Below the pieces are notes generated by a model, which did no database searches, was not told the DNA's origin, and worked only from the letters and a program-made list of their open reading frames with translations. Position numbers and translations under genes: made by a program. Below are positions 27,492-41,994 of a stretch of 64,000 bases of DNA, one piece after another. How positions within the stretch are numbered: position 1 is the stretch's first letter; each line of letters begins with the position of its first letter. This DNA comes from Eledone cirrhosa (lineage: Eukaryota). Where the stretch lies: the NCBI GenBank assembly GCA_964016885.1, contig OZ024745.1, positions 112,282,001 to 112,346,000 of the forward strand, given 5' to 3'.

Positions 27492-27830
27492 GAATGTAGG
27501 AAAACTCATACACAGAAAAATAACTGTAAATAGAGTTGATTGTTATAAATAGCTTAGAAAATCGAATAAAATAGCCCTGACCAGCAGTTGCTACGAAGAA
27601 TCGAACTCCATATCTTTCAGATACTGGTTGGGAGCTCTAGCTATGAAGCTAAACGACAGTTGGTTACAGCAGTCAGCCGATATCTGAAAGATGTGGATTT
27701 CTATTCCTCATAGAGCCCGCTGGTCACATTTTCCCATCTTTATGTAGTCTTTGTCCAATTTTCTAAGCTATTTATAGCCACCAACTGTATTTACAGTTAT
27801 TTTTCTGCGTTTCACACTTCCTACATTTTC
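27492..27830. mobile_element. Diverged fold-back whose arms start with a tRNA-like head
   Basis: CAGAAAAATAACTGTAAATA / TATTTACAGTTATTTTTCTG, TAAATAGCTTAGAAAAT / ATTTTCTAAGCTATTTA and ATCTTTCAGATA / TATCTGAAAGAT are inverted pairs; the minus strand of 27595-27651 reads TAGCTTCATAGCTAGAGC...GGAGTTCGATTC (A/B-box-like). Confidence 0.65.
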
Positions 27831-27863
27831 TATGAAACACATATCTCTCGGTGCTATTATATA

Positions 27864-28030
27864 TAATTGTTTCTACTTTTGGTACAAGGCCAGCAATTAC
27901 CCCAGTGTATTACTGGTACTTTATTTTAACGAACCCGTAAGGATGAAAGGCAAATTTAACCTCGGCGGGATTTGAACTCAGATCATAAAGGGCCGTAACT
28001 CTATGCTGCAAAGCATGGTATCCACCGCCT
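27864..28030 (-). mobile_element. SINE family S, 5' partly deleted
   Basis: Family S body; A-box region deleted before ATCCACCGCC. Confidence 0.85.
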
Positions 28031-28472
28031 TACACAGACACACAGGAACACATATATATATATATATATATGTAAACAAACAATCTGTGAACTTGTGGTT
28101 ATTTATATTAGTAATCAATAATTAATGGGGGGGGGGGGGGGGGTTGCATGAAAGAAAAAAACAACAACAAAACATTTATCTTACAGAGAGAAACAAAATT
28201 CAATAACACGCTGCTGGGATAGATCAATGAAGGAGAAGGGAGGATGGGGGTAATGAATGAGAAAGATTGTAGGGGGTGGTCAAGAGGACAACTATTTAAG
28301 ATCTATTGGAAGTGATGAAATAGCGGTGTGGTGTGCATGTTAGCAATTGTTAGAAGAGATGTTGCTTATTAATGGTTAAAAAAATGGTTCATAGATGGTC
28401 GTTAGCTTTCATGGAGAGATAGTAGGGATAACTGGAGTTGGAATATAGAATATATATTTATACACACACACA

Positions 28473-28566
<94 letters not shown>

Positions 28567-28611
28567 AATAAGGGCGCTGCGGAGTTGCAAATGGGTTACA
28601 TATGAAAAAAG

Positions 28612-28800
28612 TTTGTCCTTCATCAGTGATCTTCCAACTATCATAGGCATTTCATCGCTTTAAAGACCATATACCCCCGGTTGGTGCGAGCAACGGCTAA
28701 AAAAAAGTCGTTGGGACACGTAAATAAAGGGGACGCGAGGGTAAACAAACAAAATGGTGAGGCAACAGAAAGTGAGGAAGAAGGAGACAAGTCCCAGATT
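28612..28800 (-). repeat. Dispersed repeat (copy 2 of 2) with a CTGATGA-containing candidate pseudoknot
   Basis: Homologous to 16670-16865. Confidence 0.7.
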
Positions 28801-28853
28801 TCTATGAATTTAAGTTCGGTATATATATATACACGCACACATACACACACAGA

Positions 28854-28896
<43 letters not shown>

Positions 28897-28939
28897 TCGA
28901 CACAAGCCGAAACCGCTTGGCGCCGTTGTCGATATTTTA

Positions 28940-29027
<88 letters not shown>

Positions 29028-29214
29028 GTTCAAGAGTAACCAATTTTAAAGAGAGAGATGGAGATAGGAGAGAAGATATGAGAGGAGAGATTGGTGAGTT
29101 AGTTAGAAGCCAAAGCGTAAATAAAATATGTTGACAATCTTTTAATAATGTCTTCCTTGTGAAATTTGTGGTCTTGTTGTGCTTAACTAATGAGTATATA
29201 TATATATATATATG

Positions 29215-29487
29215 TAGATTCCCAGATTCCCGAGATGTGTCGGGGATAACCAGAGTTTAAAAAAGGACTCAATACGTTGGTAGAGTATAGGCATCTTTAT
29301 TATATATAGAAATGACTTTCACACGACTAGAACTGTTTCATTTGTATGGTCCAAACAGGACCATAAGTATTACATGTGTAAAGTTTGAAAAAATCGGTTG
29401 GGTGGTTCTCGAGTTTTAGGGAGTCAGACAGACAGACATAGATAATATAGAAATGTCTTCTACCGAATGAAACGGTTCTAGTCTTTT
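29215..29487 (-). mobile_element. Family A fold-back remnant enclosing a Helitron-like end fragment
   Basis: GACTAGAACTGTTTCATT (29325-29342) and the inverted GAATGAAACGGTTCTAGTC (29466-29484) flank TGTAAAGTTTGAAAAAATCGGTTG...GACAGACAGACA, which resembles Helitron subterminal sequence (compare 30892-30915). Confidence 0.55.
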
Positions 29488-29522
29488 ATATATATATATA
29501 TATATATATACACACGCATACG

Positions 29523-29627
<105 letters not shown>

Positions 29628-30094
29628 GATATTACTGATCAATAAGATATCATAATATTTAGGACCATTATACATCGTCTCGATCCGCTCATTCTCTAAA
29701 TTGCTTCATAATAACATGAATAATATTCTAAAGTAGAGCTCACTTATTTAGATTTAATAGTAATGTGACAATACCCGAACAAAGTATACTAGGGCGATCA
29801 ATAAAATTAACAGTGAGACTACATTAAGAGTACTAATAATTACTCAAAGCACGTGGTTTCAATTCAGCCAAACTGTTAATTTAAGTTTTACAAAAAGTGC
29901 TAATTAAAAGTTGATTATGATGTAATTTCGAACTGGTGAAATCTCATGAGTGCGTACTTCGTCCGTAAAAGAAGCATTAGAAAATCCAATAAACTTCTGA
30001 AAACAGACATATCGTTAATTGTTAGAAGAGTGCTCGGAATGAGTGCTCAGAGACAGACAACTGGTATAAAACTGTGGTAGATTCACACACGCAC

Positions 30095-30180
<86 letters not shown>

Positions 30181-30330
30181 ACACACACACATATATATAT
30201 ATATCTCACACAGTAAAGAGAGACGAACACATATGCGTTCAAATCATAAGGTCAGACATTTTTTTCCTTGAACTAATTTGATTATAGGGGACTATCCTTT
30301 TTAACTTAATATGTCATTTATATATATATA

Positions 30331-31315
30331 CTAGCAGCAGTTCCCAGCGTTGCCTGGGTAGGTAAAATAATATCTGCATTGATGATAAGATCTTAGCGAC
30401 TGCTTCTCGATGACTCTTCTATGGCCACACACAGGCCATGCGGGGGAGGGTGGTGATGACCTCTATCACTGAGAGACGCGGGTGACTGACGAAGGGGCAT
30501 GATGGGGGAGGGAGGTAATGACCTCTAACACTAAGCCAAATTCCCTGACGCTACTTGATTGGAAACCGATGAATTCTCAAATACACAACTAAAAGCTCAG
30601 ACGACGTCAGTGGTCATCGTTTTGCCTTTGACCATCTATAAGATGTGCAATGATAGGTTCTATCGTAGTATAAAAGTTGAACCAAATAAATTGATTTATG
30701 TGCGAGGTGGAGCTGAAGTTTCGAATTTGAACGAAATGGGTTGAAAAATGTGGGAGCTAGAGCCGAAAAGGCGAAAATTTGAGCGAAAAGGTGGTATTCT
30801 CGAATATTTAAGCGGCTGCCACGCCGTTCCTGAACAAAAAATCCAAAATGTAAAGCCACTTTAAGACGTGAAATAATCAGATCTAGTGTAGTGTAAAATT
30901 TGAACAAAGTAGGTTGATTAATGTGGGAGCTAGAGCCGAAAAGTGGAAATTTGATTCTAAAAGTGGTATTTTTGAATATTTAAGCGGCTGCCACGCCGTC
31001 CCTGAACAACAAATGCAAAATATAAAGCCATTACAGGATGTGCAATGATAAATTCTATTTTGCTTTAAAATTTGAACGAAATCGGTGGCAAAATGTGGGA
31101 GCTAGAGCCAAAAATCTTATTTTTCGATACCTAAAAAAAAGGTGACCCCCCCCCCCCTATCGATTTTTATCTGCACAATGACCCCGGAATAAAAAAAAAA
31201 CGATACGTTGATATATAGAAAACACTCCCTGATGACTAATCTACGAGCCTGTAACATTTCATGAAAATCGGTCGTAAGATGTAGGCCCCTATAAGTAAAC
31301 ACACATACTTAATTT

Positions 31316-31327
<12 letters not shown>
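30331..31327 (-). mobile_element. Non-autonomous Helitron with an internal ~173-bp tandem repeat
   Basis: Minus-strand 3' end CCCAGGCAACGCTGGG hairpin then ...CTAG|T; 5' end TATATATATAAAATTAAGTATGTGTG; ATGTGGGAGCTAGAGCC recurs at 30748, 30922 and 31093. Confidence 0.8.
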
Positions 31328-31388
<61 letters not shown>

Positions 31389-31414
31389 TATATATAAATA
31401 TAAATAGTAATAAT

Positions 31415-32120
31415 AATAAATGTGAAGACTAAAATCCAAAGAAGGCTTGATAAGGATAAATATATATCAAATATATAAGAACCCTAGAGCAAATATTTAT
31501 TAAAATAACAGATTAAAGTTTAAGCAAAGAATCACTGCTTTCACCCTTAACGGATCTTCTGAAACTAAAAAAATCAATCCGTGAACGCAGAAGTAAATAT
31601 TTCGAAAAACGTTGCATCCGATGGAAAACAAGAATACGATACTTTGGTTCGTGAAGACGTTCCCTGGCAATAAGGTCTGTCATTTTAGTTCTACTAATTT
31701 ATTTACATTATTCCCCGCCAAGGTTAACTTTGCTTTTCATCCGTACAGGGTCGATAAAATAAAGTACCAGTAATACACTGGAATAATTGCTGGCCTTGTA
31801 GAAACAATTATTCTTAACTCTGAAGCTGAGAATCATTCGGTTTCCTAAATAGAATATTAGTCTACGACTCCATTTATACCATAAACGTGGTTTTGTCTTT
31901 GCGTGTAATTGTTCTCTCGTTCCACATAATGACGTATTATCTTCGCTTTTTTCCGTTCATTGCCAGGGAATGTCTTCACGAAACAAAGTATCGTCTTCCT
32001 GTTTTCCTTCGGTTGCAACGTTTTTCGAAATATTTACATCTGCGTTCACAGATTGATTTTTTTGGTTTCAGAAGATAAGGGTGAAAGCAGCGATTCTTTG
32101 CTTAAACTTTAATCTGTTAC
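31415..32120. mobile_element. Fold-back element, family C, interrupted by a SINE fragment
   Basis: 31506-31670 is inverted relative to 31958-32119; one-sided tail 31415-31505; hammerhead-like motifs at 31517-31566(-) and 32064-32108(+, stem II deleted); SINE piece at ~31713-31812. Confidence 0.8.
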
Positions 32121-32165
32121 AGATAGATAGATTGATAAATATATATATTTCACCCCCTCTAACCC

Positions 32166-32196
<31 letters not shown>

Positions 32197-32258
32197 GTGA
32201 GAGAGAGGGAGGTTGGGGGGAGGGTGAAATATATATTTATCAATCTACCTATCTGTAA
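32118..32258. repeat. Fold-back centred on (TA)n
   Basis: TTACAGATAGATAGATTGATAAATATATATATTTCACCC versus GGGTGAAATATATATTTATCAATCTACCTATCTGTAA. Confidence 0.75.
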
Positions 32259-32329
32259 AGCGAAAGTGAGAGAGAGACAGACAGAAAGAAAGAGAAAGAG
32301 AGATAGATAGATAGAGAGTGAGAGAGAAT

Positions 32330-32406
<77 letters not shown>

Positions 32407-32610
32407 TGTGTGTGTGTGTTTGTGTGTATATGTGGGTGTGTTCGTGTGTATGCATGAGTGTCTGTGTATGTATATGTGTTTGATTATATTTGTATATTCG
32501 CATCGTAAAAAATAGCAATGCTGTTATTAATTATAGAAAATATTTATCAATAGGAAGAACAAAGTATATATTTTCCCGTAATGTTTATACAAATATATAT
32601 ATATATGTGG

Positions 32611-32667
<57 letters not shown>

Positions 32668-33052
32668 TAAATCCCTCTTAGTGTTCATTATTTTCCCCTT
32701 CCCTTCACAATATGTATATTTTATAGGTTTTGTGTACTTGAACACACTAAAGTCAGACTGAATAAAGAATAATATTTCTTATTAATAGCAACTGTTTATT
32801 TCGAAATTTCGATGTTTTGAGAAACCAGTATCGGTGAAACTTCAAAGAGACACTAATAATTGTAATAATGATTATATATATATATATAGTAATATATATA
32901 TAATAATAAATTTGATCATATATATATATATATATATATCTAAGGCGGGTAAAATTCCCGAGATCCATGGACGAGTTCTCTCCAGCGGTCTCTGTCCCTC
33001 ATTATCGCTGCGATGTCTTACTTATATATATAAATATATATTATGATAAATA

Positions 33053-33242
33053 ATAATTGTTTCTACTTTAGGCACAAGGCCAGCAATAACCCAGTGCATT
33101 ACTGGTAGTTTATTTTATCGACCCCGTAAGGATGAAAGGCAAAGTCAACCTCGGCGGGATTTGAACTCAGATCGTAAGGGGACATAACTATGCTGGAAAG
33201 CATGGCGTCCGACCCTCTACCGATACTGCTAATCCACCGCCC

Positions 33243-33243
<1 letters not shown>
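33053..33243 (-). mobile_element. SINE family S, near-consensus copy
   Basis: Minus strand AGGGCGGTGGATTAGCAGTATCGGTAGAGGG...CTGAGTTCAAATCCCGCCGAGG. Confidence 0.9.
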
Positions 33244-33285
<42 letters not shown>

Positions 33286-33287
<2 letters not shown>

Positions 33288-35625
33288 TTTCTTTATTGGC
33301 CACAAGGGCTGACATCAAGAAAAACATTACAGACGACACAGGACGGTACGATGTGGGTTTTGTGCGTGTAAATATTTTTATTATTTATATAAGAAAAGAA
33401 AAAAAAAGGACATAGAAACATATATATATATATAAACAATAAAAATGAAAATTGAAACAATGAAAAATTCCCCAATAGGGGGGAAACCTCCGAGGGTTAC
33501 TCGTGGCGAAAACCACACAAAAGACCACGGCCACCCTGACCACCAGGGCAAGCGCCCTCTTTCAATTTTTCCATTTGGACCATTCTCGCTACATTCACCC
33601 ACCTTTCAAAAAACTTGCTAGAAGGCAGCACTTGCCTCTCCACCCTGATTTTCCTCTTCAAGTGAAACTTGAAAAAGTTAATTAAGGATTCGCCGAAGAG
33701 GAAAGTGTCTGTCTTTAACCCTTTTAACCTTGTCCACCACACAATCTCTTTCGCCATGGCCACCAGGCAGATGAAAACCGCTTGCCCTTCCTCCTCGAAG
33801 GAAGACGACGAGACCATCTGCACAATGGACTCAGTCGATAACCGGATCAGTCCTACACGCGACAGCAACTGTTCGACATAGCTCCACAAGTCAGCAATGC
33901 TCGGGCACTGAACGAGTGCGTGCACGACGGTTTCGTCGCTCTGCGTGCATCTCGGACAGGCTCGGCTGACGGCACTTCCGTGCCTGTAGAGCTTATCTCG
34001 AACCGGCAGCGCTCCCCGGTAGCACTGCCAGGCCAGGGATTTTTGGAAGTTATCCATAGGCCCTGGGCTGAAAGTTCTCCGGAAGAGAGCAAACAGCTGA
34101 TCTTCTTCGACGCACAGGATCTCTCCGAGAATGTCGTCGCTCTTCTCCTCCACTAGTCCTCTATAGAACGCCGAGGTGGATGTTCCACCGATACTGGTGC
34201 CCAGCTTGCAGAGGGCGGTGAGCGCCTGGAGACATTCCAGTTTCCAAGCGCTATACCTCGGTCTTTTTCTGACCCAGGACTGCAGCTCCGCCAAGGAGAC
34301 GAGCTGTGGGAAAACGTGCCTGGCGAACGGCGACCACACCTGTTCATCGTCAAGGAAGCACCAGAGATGTCGCAGCCTCAGCGCATGTTTGCGCATCATC
34401 AGCCATGGAATTCCCAATCCTCCACGCAACGGGTGTTGACAGCAGATGGATCGTCTGACCATGGGAGCGCGTCCCTTCCACAAAAAGCGGAAGAGGAGGC
34501 GCTCCATTTTGGTGAGAGTTGGGCTGGAGCAAGGGACGACGGTCAAGCGGTAGCAGATGACGGATGCGATGTACGCATTCGCCACTTGCGCCCGGCCTTT
34601 CAGGGACAGCTTCCTCTCGGCCCATTTCTGGGTGAGGGAGGCCACCCTGCTCGTCACCTCGCTCCAGTTTTTCTCCATCTGGAGGTCCGGTCCGAACCAG
34701 ACCCCGAGCAATTTAACCGGACCGTCCGTCCAACGCCCCACAACGCTATCGGACGGCATGGACTTGCCTCTCCAGGTGCCGAGCTGCAAGCCCACCGACT
34801 TTTCCTGGTTTATCTTTGCTCCTGTCACCTCTTCGTATTCCTTGAGAGCGGTGCCGAGCATCTGGACGTGTCTGGTGCTCGACACCACCATGGTGACCTC
34901 GTCGGCGTAAGCCGACTCGGATTTCCCGCATCCTAGTTCGCGTAGGACGCCCCTCATCGCCCCCAGTTTGTGCAGTAACGGCTCGAGAGCCAATACGTAC
35001 AAGAGGGACGAGAGGGGACAACCCTGGCGAACTGAGCGCATGATGCTGAACGGCTGCGACAGGTGACCGTTCACCCTCACAACTGAGCAGATGTCGCTGT
35101 ACATTGCTGCGATCCAACCTCTGAAAACGGGCCCGAAACCGGCTGCCTCGAGGACCGCCGCCAGGTACCGATGGTCGACCCTATCGAATGCTTTGGATTG
35201 ATCCAAGTTGATCAGGACCCCACCCGTGCCAGGTTCCTTAACCACCCTCTCTATGATGTATCGCATGAGGTGGAGGTTGTCGTGTATGGATCTGTCCGGA
35301 ATCGCGCATGTTTGCGGGTCTCCCACCAGACCCTTGACGACAAGCGCCAACCTCGTTGCTAACACCTTGGCCAAAATCTTGAACTCTGCGTTTAGCAGGG
35401 TTATGGGCCTGAAATTATCGATAACATCCCCACTTTTCGGTTCTTTTCTCAGCAGCGCCACTGCTCCGCGGCTCACAAAACTGGGAATGCTACCAGTTGC
35501 AGTAGACGTCTGCCAAGAGGTCACCGAACAAGTCTGGCATAAATGCATAAAGCTCGTAGGGCAGACCATCCAAACCTGGCGGTTTACTCCTTGTGCAATT
35601 AGCCATCGCTTCCCGTATTCCACCG
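33286..35625 (-). mobile_element. 5'-truncated L1/Tx1-clade LINE: reverse transcriptase plus C-terminal zinc-binding domain, probably inactive
   Basis: ORF 33497..35623: FRPITLLNAEFKILAK, DQSKAFDRVDH, VRQGCPLS, YADE (34898-34909, normally YADD), CPRC....ETVVHALVQC. The upstream PGLDGLPYELY motif is in another frame (frameshift near 35490). No endonuclease domain. 3' end AATAAAGAAATC then (ATT)n. Confidence 0.93.
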
Positions 35626-35793
35626 GCTGTTATTGTCTTTTCGCAACACTACACACACACATACACACACACATACACACGCGTACACTAACATACAAAC
35701 AGACATACACACACACACATACACACACACACACTTCTCCGTATAAGACAAGAGCTGAAAAATATCTTTCAACATGTTAAAATAAGGGAACTC

Positions 35794-35887
35794 GTATATC
35801 TGAACAAGTGTCGATTAAGAGTCGGGATCCGATCGCCTGATCAAACCTGAGCTGATCGATACAGAAACAATTGTAATATGCAATAAA
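35794..35887 (+). ncRNA. Decayed hammerhead motif (core CTGAACA), homologous to 47211-47305
   Basis: GTATAT-CTGAACA-aGTGTCGATTA...TGATCGATACa-GAA-ACAATTGT-A-ATATGC-AATAAA; all stems pair but G8 is C. Confidence 0.65.
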
Positions 35888-35919
35888 GTTTCACAATATT
35901 GCAATTTTTATTGTCACTT

Positions 35920-36000
<81 letters not shown>

Positions 36001-36004
<4 letters not shown>

Positions 36005-36200
36005 ATAGTCAGGAGCCCGACAGCTGAGCTCCGGCCTCTTCGACAGTTACATCCGAACTAACCCTCGGATCTAGCTGTCGAAATGGCCGGAGCTCAGCCG
36101 TCGGGGTCCTGACTCTTTTCCTATTACCCACTCTACTACCCTAATTATCGAGTACTCTGGTGAGTTATGGTCGACCTGGTTCCTTACCATACTGTCTTTG

Positions 36201-36203
<3 letters not shown>
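36001..36203 (+). mobile_element. Fold-back element with the 3' half of a hammerhead and a family-A-like tail
   Basis: 36001-36049 inverted against 36071-36120; GAA-ATGGC..GCCGT-C but no CTGANGA; tail 36121-36203 aligns with 2289-2370; (TA)n on both sides. Confidence 0.75.
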
Positions 36204-36261
<58 letters not shown>

Positions 36262-36329
36262 AATGTGTGTGTGTGAGTGTATATATATATATGTGTGTGT
36301 GTGTATACATATATATATGTGTGTGTGTG

Positions 36330-36387
<58 letters not shown>

Positions 36388-36779
36388 CACATACATATGT
36401 ATATATGACACGTACCTCCTTCCCGTGCGTACTCACACACACAGACACACACACACACACACACACACACGCGCGCGCGTATATAAGGGTTTTAGTCGAC
36501 CATGTCAACCCTGATATTTATTCCAGTTTCTATTCCACTAAATTTCCCTGACAAGGCCTTGTCCAACACGCTGTAGCCACATGGTAACGAATGTAGCCAC
36601 ATGGTAACGAATCTATCTTCCTTATCACACAACCCTGTTTCCTTTATACCTTATCTTCTCTCTCTTTCTCTCTCTCACTCTGTCCCTTTTTCTCCCCCCC
36701 CCCTCTCTCTCTTTCTCTCCCCTTCCGTCTCTACGTCATACTATAATGCTACTTCTCTCTCCTAATCTCTTCCTCCCAC

Positions 36780-38420
36780 ACAGATTTTCTATAGCTTTTC
36801 CACATGCACACACAAACACATACGCATATACAGGAATCACTCACACACATATACACATACATACATGAACTCAATACACAAACGCACAGACTCGCACATA
36901 CGGACATAGACACATATACAAATAGCACATATAAACATAGAAACGTAAACACGCGCATACAAACACACAAATACGTGCGTGCATACATACACACACACAC
37001 AGACCAGAACACACTCACAAGCATATACGCATCTAGCCACATGCATGCATGGACATGCATACTTACATCGCCAACGCATATTCCCATGCACAAAAATACA
37101 CACTAATTCGAGCATATATGCATACACATATGCGTACATATACATATGCATACACATATGCGTACATATACATATGCATACACATATGCGTACATATACA
37201 TATGCATACACATATGCGTACATATACATATTCATACACATATGCATACACATATGCGTATATATACATATTCATACACATATGCATACATATACATTTT
37301 CACGCAGGCACACACCAGCATATCCACACATAGACTCAAAACACTTAAAGATATACAAAGACCCACACAAACTGTCCAGTCATATACTCATATACATAAA
37401 TACATACCTATCCATATATATACACACACATACATATATACACACATATACATGTATATATAGACATATACTCATATACATAAATACATACCTATCCATA
37501 TATATACACACACATGCATATATACACACATATACATGTATATATAGACATATACACATATACGTAAATACACACCTATCCATATATATACACACACATA
37601 CATATATACACACATACACATGGATATATAGACATATATACATATACATAAATACATACCTATCCATATATATACACACACATACATATATACACACATA
37701 TACATGTATATATAGACATATACTCATATACATAAATATATACTTATCCATATATACACACATATGCATACATACACATACACATCATATACATGCATAT
37801 ATATATATATATATATATACATACACATATACATACATATTTATATATACACATATAAATATAGATACTCACACACCTACACATACGCACATAGACACAT
37901 ATACATGAATATATACTTATCCATATACTCACATATACATACATACGCAGATACAGTACACGCATATATATGCATATACATACATATATACATACATATT
38001 TATACATACACATATACATACATATAGACACTCACACACCTACACATCTGCACATATACATAAATATATACTTATCAATAGACATATACATACATACACA
38101 TATGCATACACATATACATACATACACATATACATACATACATATTTATACATACACATGTACACACATATAGACACATACACACACCTACGCATAGGCA
38201 CATATACAAAACACACACAAAGACATACAAACGCACACACATACACACGGGAACACACAGACACATACACACGTAGACACATACACACCTAGATACATAC
38301 ACACCTAGACACATACACACACAGACACGTACACACACACATACACACACATACACATACACAGCTAGACAAATACTCATACAGACATATACACAGCTAG
38401 ACACAAGCCGCCCATACATA
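36780..38420. repeat. Cryptic (CA/TA) low-complexity tract with internal tandem units (~78 bp at 37380-37770)
   Basis: CATATACTCATATACATAAATACATACCTATCCATATATATACAC recurs about five times. Confidence 0.9.
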
Positions 38421-38541
38421 TTTCTATCATACTCTATATCTTCCTAATATTCCTTCTTCCCTCTATTCCGCTCTACTTCTATTCTGTTATTATGCTATTC
38501 TGTTATTCAGCTGTTCTGTTATTCTTACATGCTATTATAAT

Positions 38542-38757
38542 CGTTTCTTATATAGGCACAAGGCCAGCAATTTTGGGGGTGGAGAAAGTCGATTAAATCA
38601 ACACCAGTGCGGGACTGGTTCTTTATTTTATCGACCTCGTAAGGATGAAAGGCAAAGTTAACCTCGGCGGGATTTGAACTCACATCATAAAGGGCCGTAA
38701 CTCTATGCTACAAAGCATGGCGTCCGACCTTCTACCGATACTGCCAATCCACCCCCC
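38542..38757 (-). mobile_element. SINE family S (long form) with target-site duplication
   Basis: Flanked by TCTTACATGCTATTATAAT (38523-38541) and TCTTACATGCGATTATAAT (38758-38776). Confidence 0.92.
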
Positions 38758-38909
38758 TCTTACATGCGATTATAATGAAAAGACTCGAAGATGTGAATAA
38801 CAGAGAAAGAAACGAAGAATTTCAGCTGAATTAATCATAAAGATTTATTTAATTGATCCAAATTGAAACATTGATTCTCATTTATAAATTTTTATTCATG
38901 CAATTTACA

Positions 38910-39031
38910 AGCAGACATGTACAGACATGCAGCTGCATGTATGCACGCATATATGTGTATACACACACGCACACACGCATACAGACGCACATACATACAC
39001 GCACACGCACATGTGTGTACATACATACACA

Positions 39032-39075
<44 letters not shown>

Positions 39076-39234
39076 TGCATATACCCACACATACATACAC
39101 GCACACGCACATACATGCACATACAGGCACATACACGCACATGCGTCCACACACATGTACATACTCAGGCACGCAAACACACACACACACACACGCGCAC
39201 ATACATGCATATACTCAGACACCCACATACACAT

Positions 39235-39266
<32 letters not shown>

Positions 39267-40546
39267 GCAGATACACTCCCGCACACACACGCACGCACAT
39301 ACACGCACATACTCAGACACCCACATACATATACACGCACGCGCACACACACACGCAAATACACGCACATACACACACACATGCGTGTGCATACGCACAC
39401 ACATACGTACATTCATAGACACAACATGCACATACACACACACACACGCATGTGCACACGCATGTGCACACGCACACACATACGTACATTCATAGACACA
39501 ACATGCACATACACACACACACATACGTACATTCATAGACACAACATGTACATACACACACACACGTATGTGCACACGTACACACATACGTAGAATTCAT
39601 AGACACAACATGCACATACACACACAGACGCATGTGCACACGCACACACATACGTACATTCATAGACACAACATGCACATACACACACACACGTATGTGC
39701 ACACGTACACACATACGTAGAATTCATAGACACAGGTGCACACAAACATACACACATATATATGCATACATGTGCATACACATGCATGCAAACAAATATA
39801 CGCAAACACGCATATACACATACACACACACACACATGCACGCATATGGACACACATGTAAAAGAATCACACAGCTGTAGATATTCACTGCCACATGCAT
39901 AATTGCACATACAAGTAAAGATAATTTAAAGATGCACAGATACACAGATGCACATACATGCAAGAGTGCACACACATATATACTTACAGATATACAGATA
40001 CACAGATGCACATACATGCAAGAGTGCACACACATATATACTTACAGATATACAGATACACAGATGCACATACATGCAAGAGTGCACACACATATATACT
40101 TACAGATAAACAGATACACAGATGCACATACATGCAAATAAAGATAATGCGAATATACACGCATACACATTTGTATATACAAAAAAAAATCACATACGCA
40201 TATACACACATGCATAGACACTCAGAAGAAGATGCATAAATGCTTCCAAATGCACGTGCAGATTTGCACAAATTTGCACAGACATGGAGGCGCACGCATA
40301 CATACAGATTTAGTTGCATTCATCGACACACATAAACACACATGCAGATACACGCAGATGTATGTATCTACACATATACGTATATGTAGACACACATATG
40401 AATGTGCATGTAGTTGCAGATATGGCTAATATAGGTGCACATCTTCAGATAAACAATGGGCTCTTATGCACACTCATGCAGGTGCATATATGCATGCATA
40501 TATAAATGCTCACCCACAAAATACGCGCATACGTGTAGACAAGCAT

Positions 40547-40583
<37 letters not shown>

Positions 40584-40678
40584 GATATATATACAAAGAT
40601 TAACATATGGACAGAACATCCACCCACTCATTTTTTTCTAGTTTTACAACAATCATGGTTATACGCATATATATACAC

Positions 40679-40709
<31 letters not shown>

Positions 40710-41040
40710 GACACTTAAATATATATCACGCACGCACGCAAGCACATGCACATATATACATATATACATATCTTGCACACATACATAGATGCATACATAG
40801 ATAAATACATACACACATCCATCCATCCATACATACATACAACCATCCAACCATATACCCATACACACATCCTTACATCCATATGTACGTGTCGTACATA
40901 CATATCTTACATACATACATACATACACACACATATGCATACATACACACGTCCATCCATTCATCCATACATACATACACACATACATGCACACATCCAT
41001 CCATCCATCCATACATACATCCATACATACGCACATAAAT
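38910..41040. repeat. Cryptic (CA)n/(TACA)n low-complexity region with minisatellites
   Basis: ATTCATAGACACAACATG recurs over 39410-39735; CAGATACACAGATGCACATACATGCAAGAGTG recurs at 58-bp spacing over 39937-40135. Confidence 0.9.
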
Positions 41041-41042
41041 AC

Positions 41043-41647
41043 ATGGTGGCTGCCAACTCGTTTTCGAGTACAGCCACTACTTTATATCCATGTAGGAGAA
41101 CCCCTACCGATGCGCTGAACGAGTGACTTTTTAGTCCAACCAGCGACTTGAAAACTCTGGTACAAACACTACACTTGTGACAATTATTGACACATAGTGC
41201 TTTGCCTTTGGTACCATGTGACGACAAGTGCAGAGAGATCTCCAGATACAAAGCAATGCCTGTGCCGTGAAGCTTTTATAGTGAGCAAAGGCACTGCACA
41301 AAGCCAGTCCCACTCTCTTAACCAAGATGATATTTACCAAAAAGAAGAACAAGTCAACATCATTGGATAACATCGGGGTTGCAGGTGTGATATCAGAGTT
41401 TTCCTTCTCCTAGAATTCTGCCTTGACAAAGGCTAAGGGGTCATCTCTCCCACTGATTTTGGATGGCCATTGACTGTTAAGAGCTCCTTTGCCCTTTGAC
41501 AGGTTTTGGTTTTAGTCCTGCAGGATGTCCAAAGTCACCCTCCTCACCAAGAAACCTTGGTGGGGTTGCCAGTTTAGTCGCCAACGACCCGACCATGAGA
41601 CAGGTTGTACTGGGATACATGTTACCAGTAGCACCAAGTGGTGACCT
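41043..41647 (-). mobile_element. Non-autonomous RTE-type retroelement (~605 bp), copy 2
   Basis: Reverse complement of 17226-17830 with the same two ends; embedded in (TACA)n. Confidence 0.78.
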
Positions 41648-41994
41648 GACATAAATACATACATACATACATACATACATACATACATACATACATACAT
41701 ACATACATACAAACATGTACATCATCATTAACTCTTTGCCGATAATTGACAAAGATTCTCCATATGTTTATTCGAAAGTTGTAGTATTAAGTAGATTGCT
41801 CTCAACAACTAATTCCTTTTCCGAGCTGCCGTGGTTCAGCCACAGGTGTCCACTGCTTAATATTCTCATATTGCATTTAGACATTGTTCTTCTATCTCCG
41901 TCGAGCTCTGTCGTGAATTTTTGTACTGCTAGCTACCTGCGAGTAATGTATACCTGAGTTTTCTCCAGACCTTGGATAGGCCAAAGCTAACGTA

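Noticed and set aside
31229-31275. CTGATGA...GAAA inside the Helitron
   Set aside because: Stems I and II do not pair; chance match.
33497-35623. Intact active reverse transcriptase gene
   Set aside because: The catalytic motif is YADE, the N-terminal ~45 residues come from the wrong frame, and the endonuclease and ORF1 are missing.
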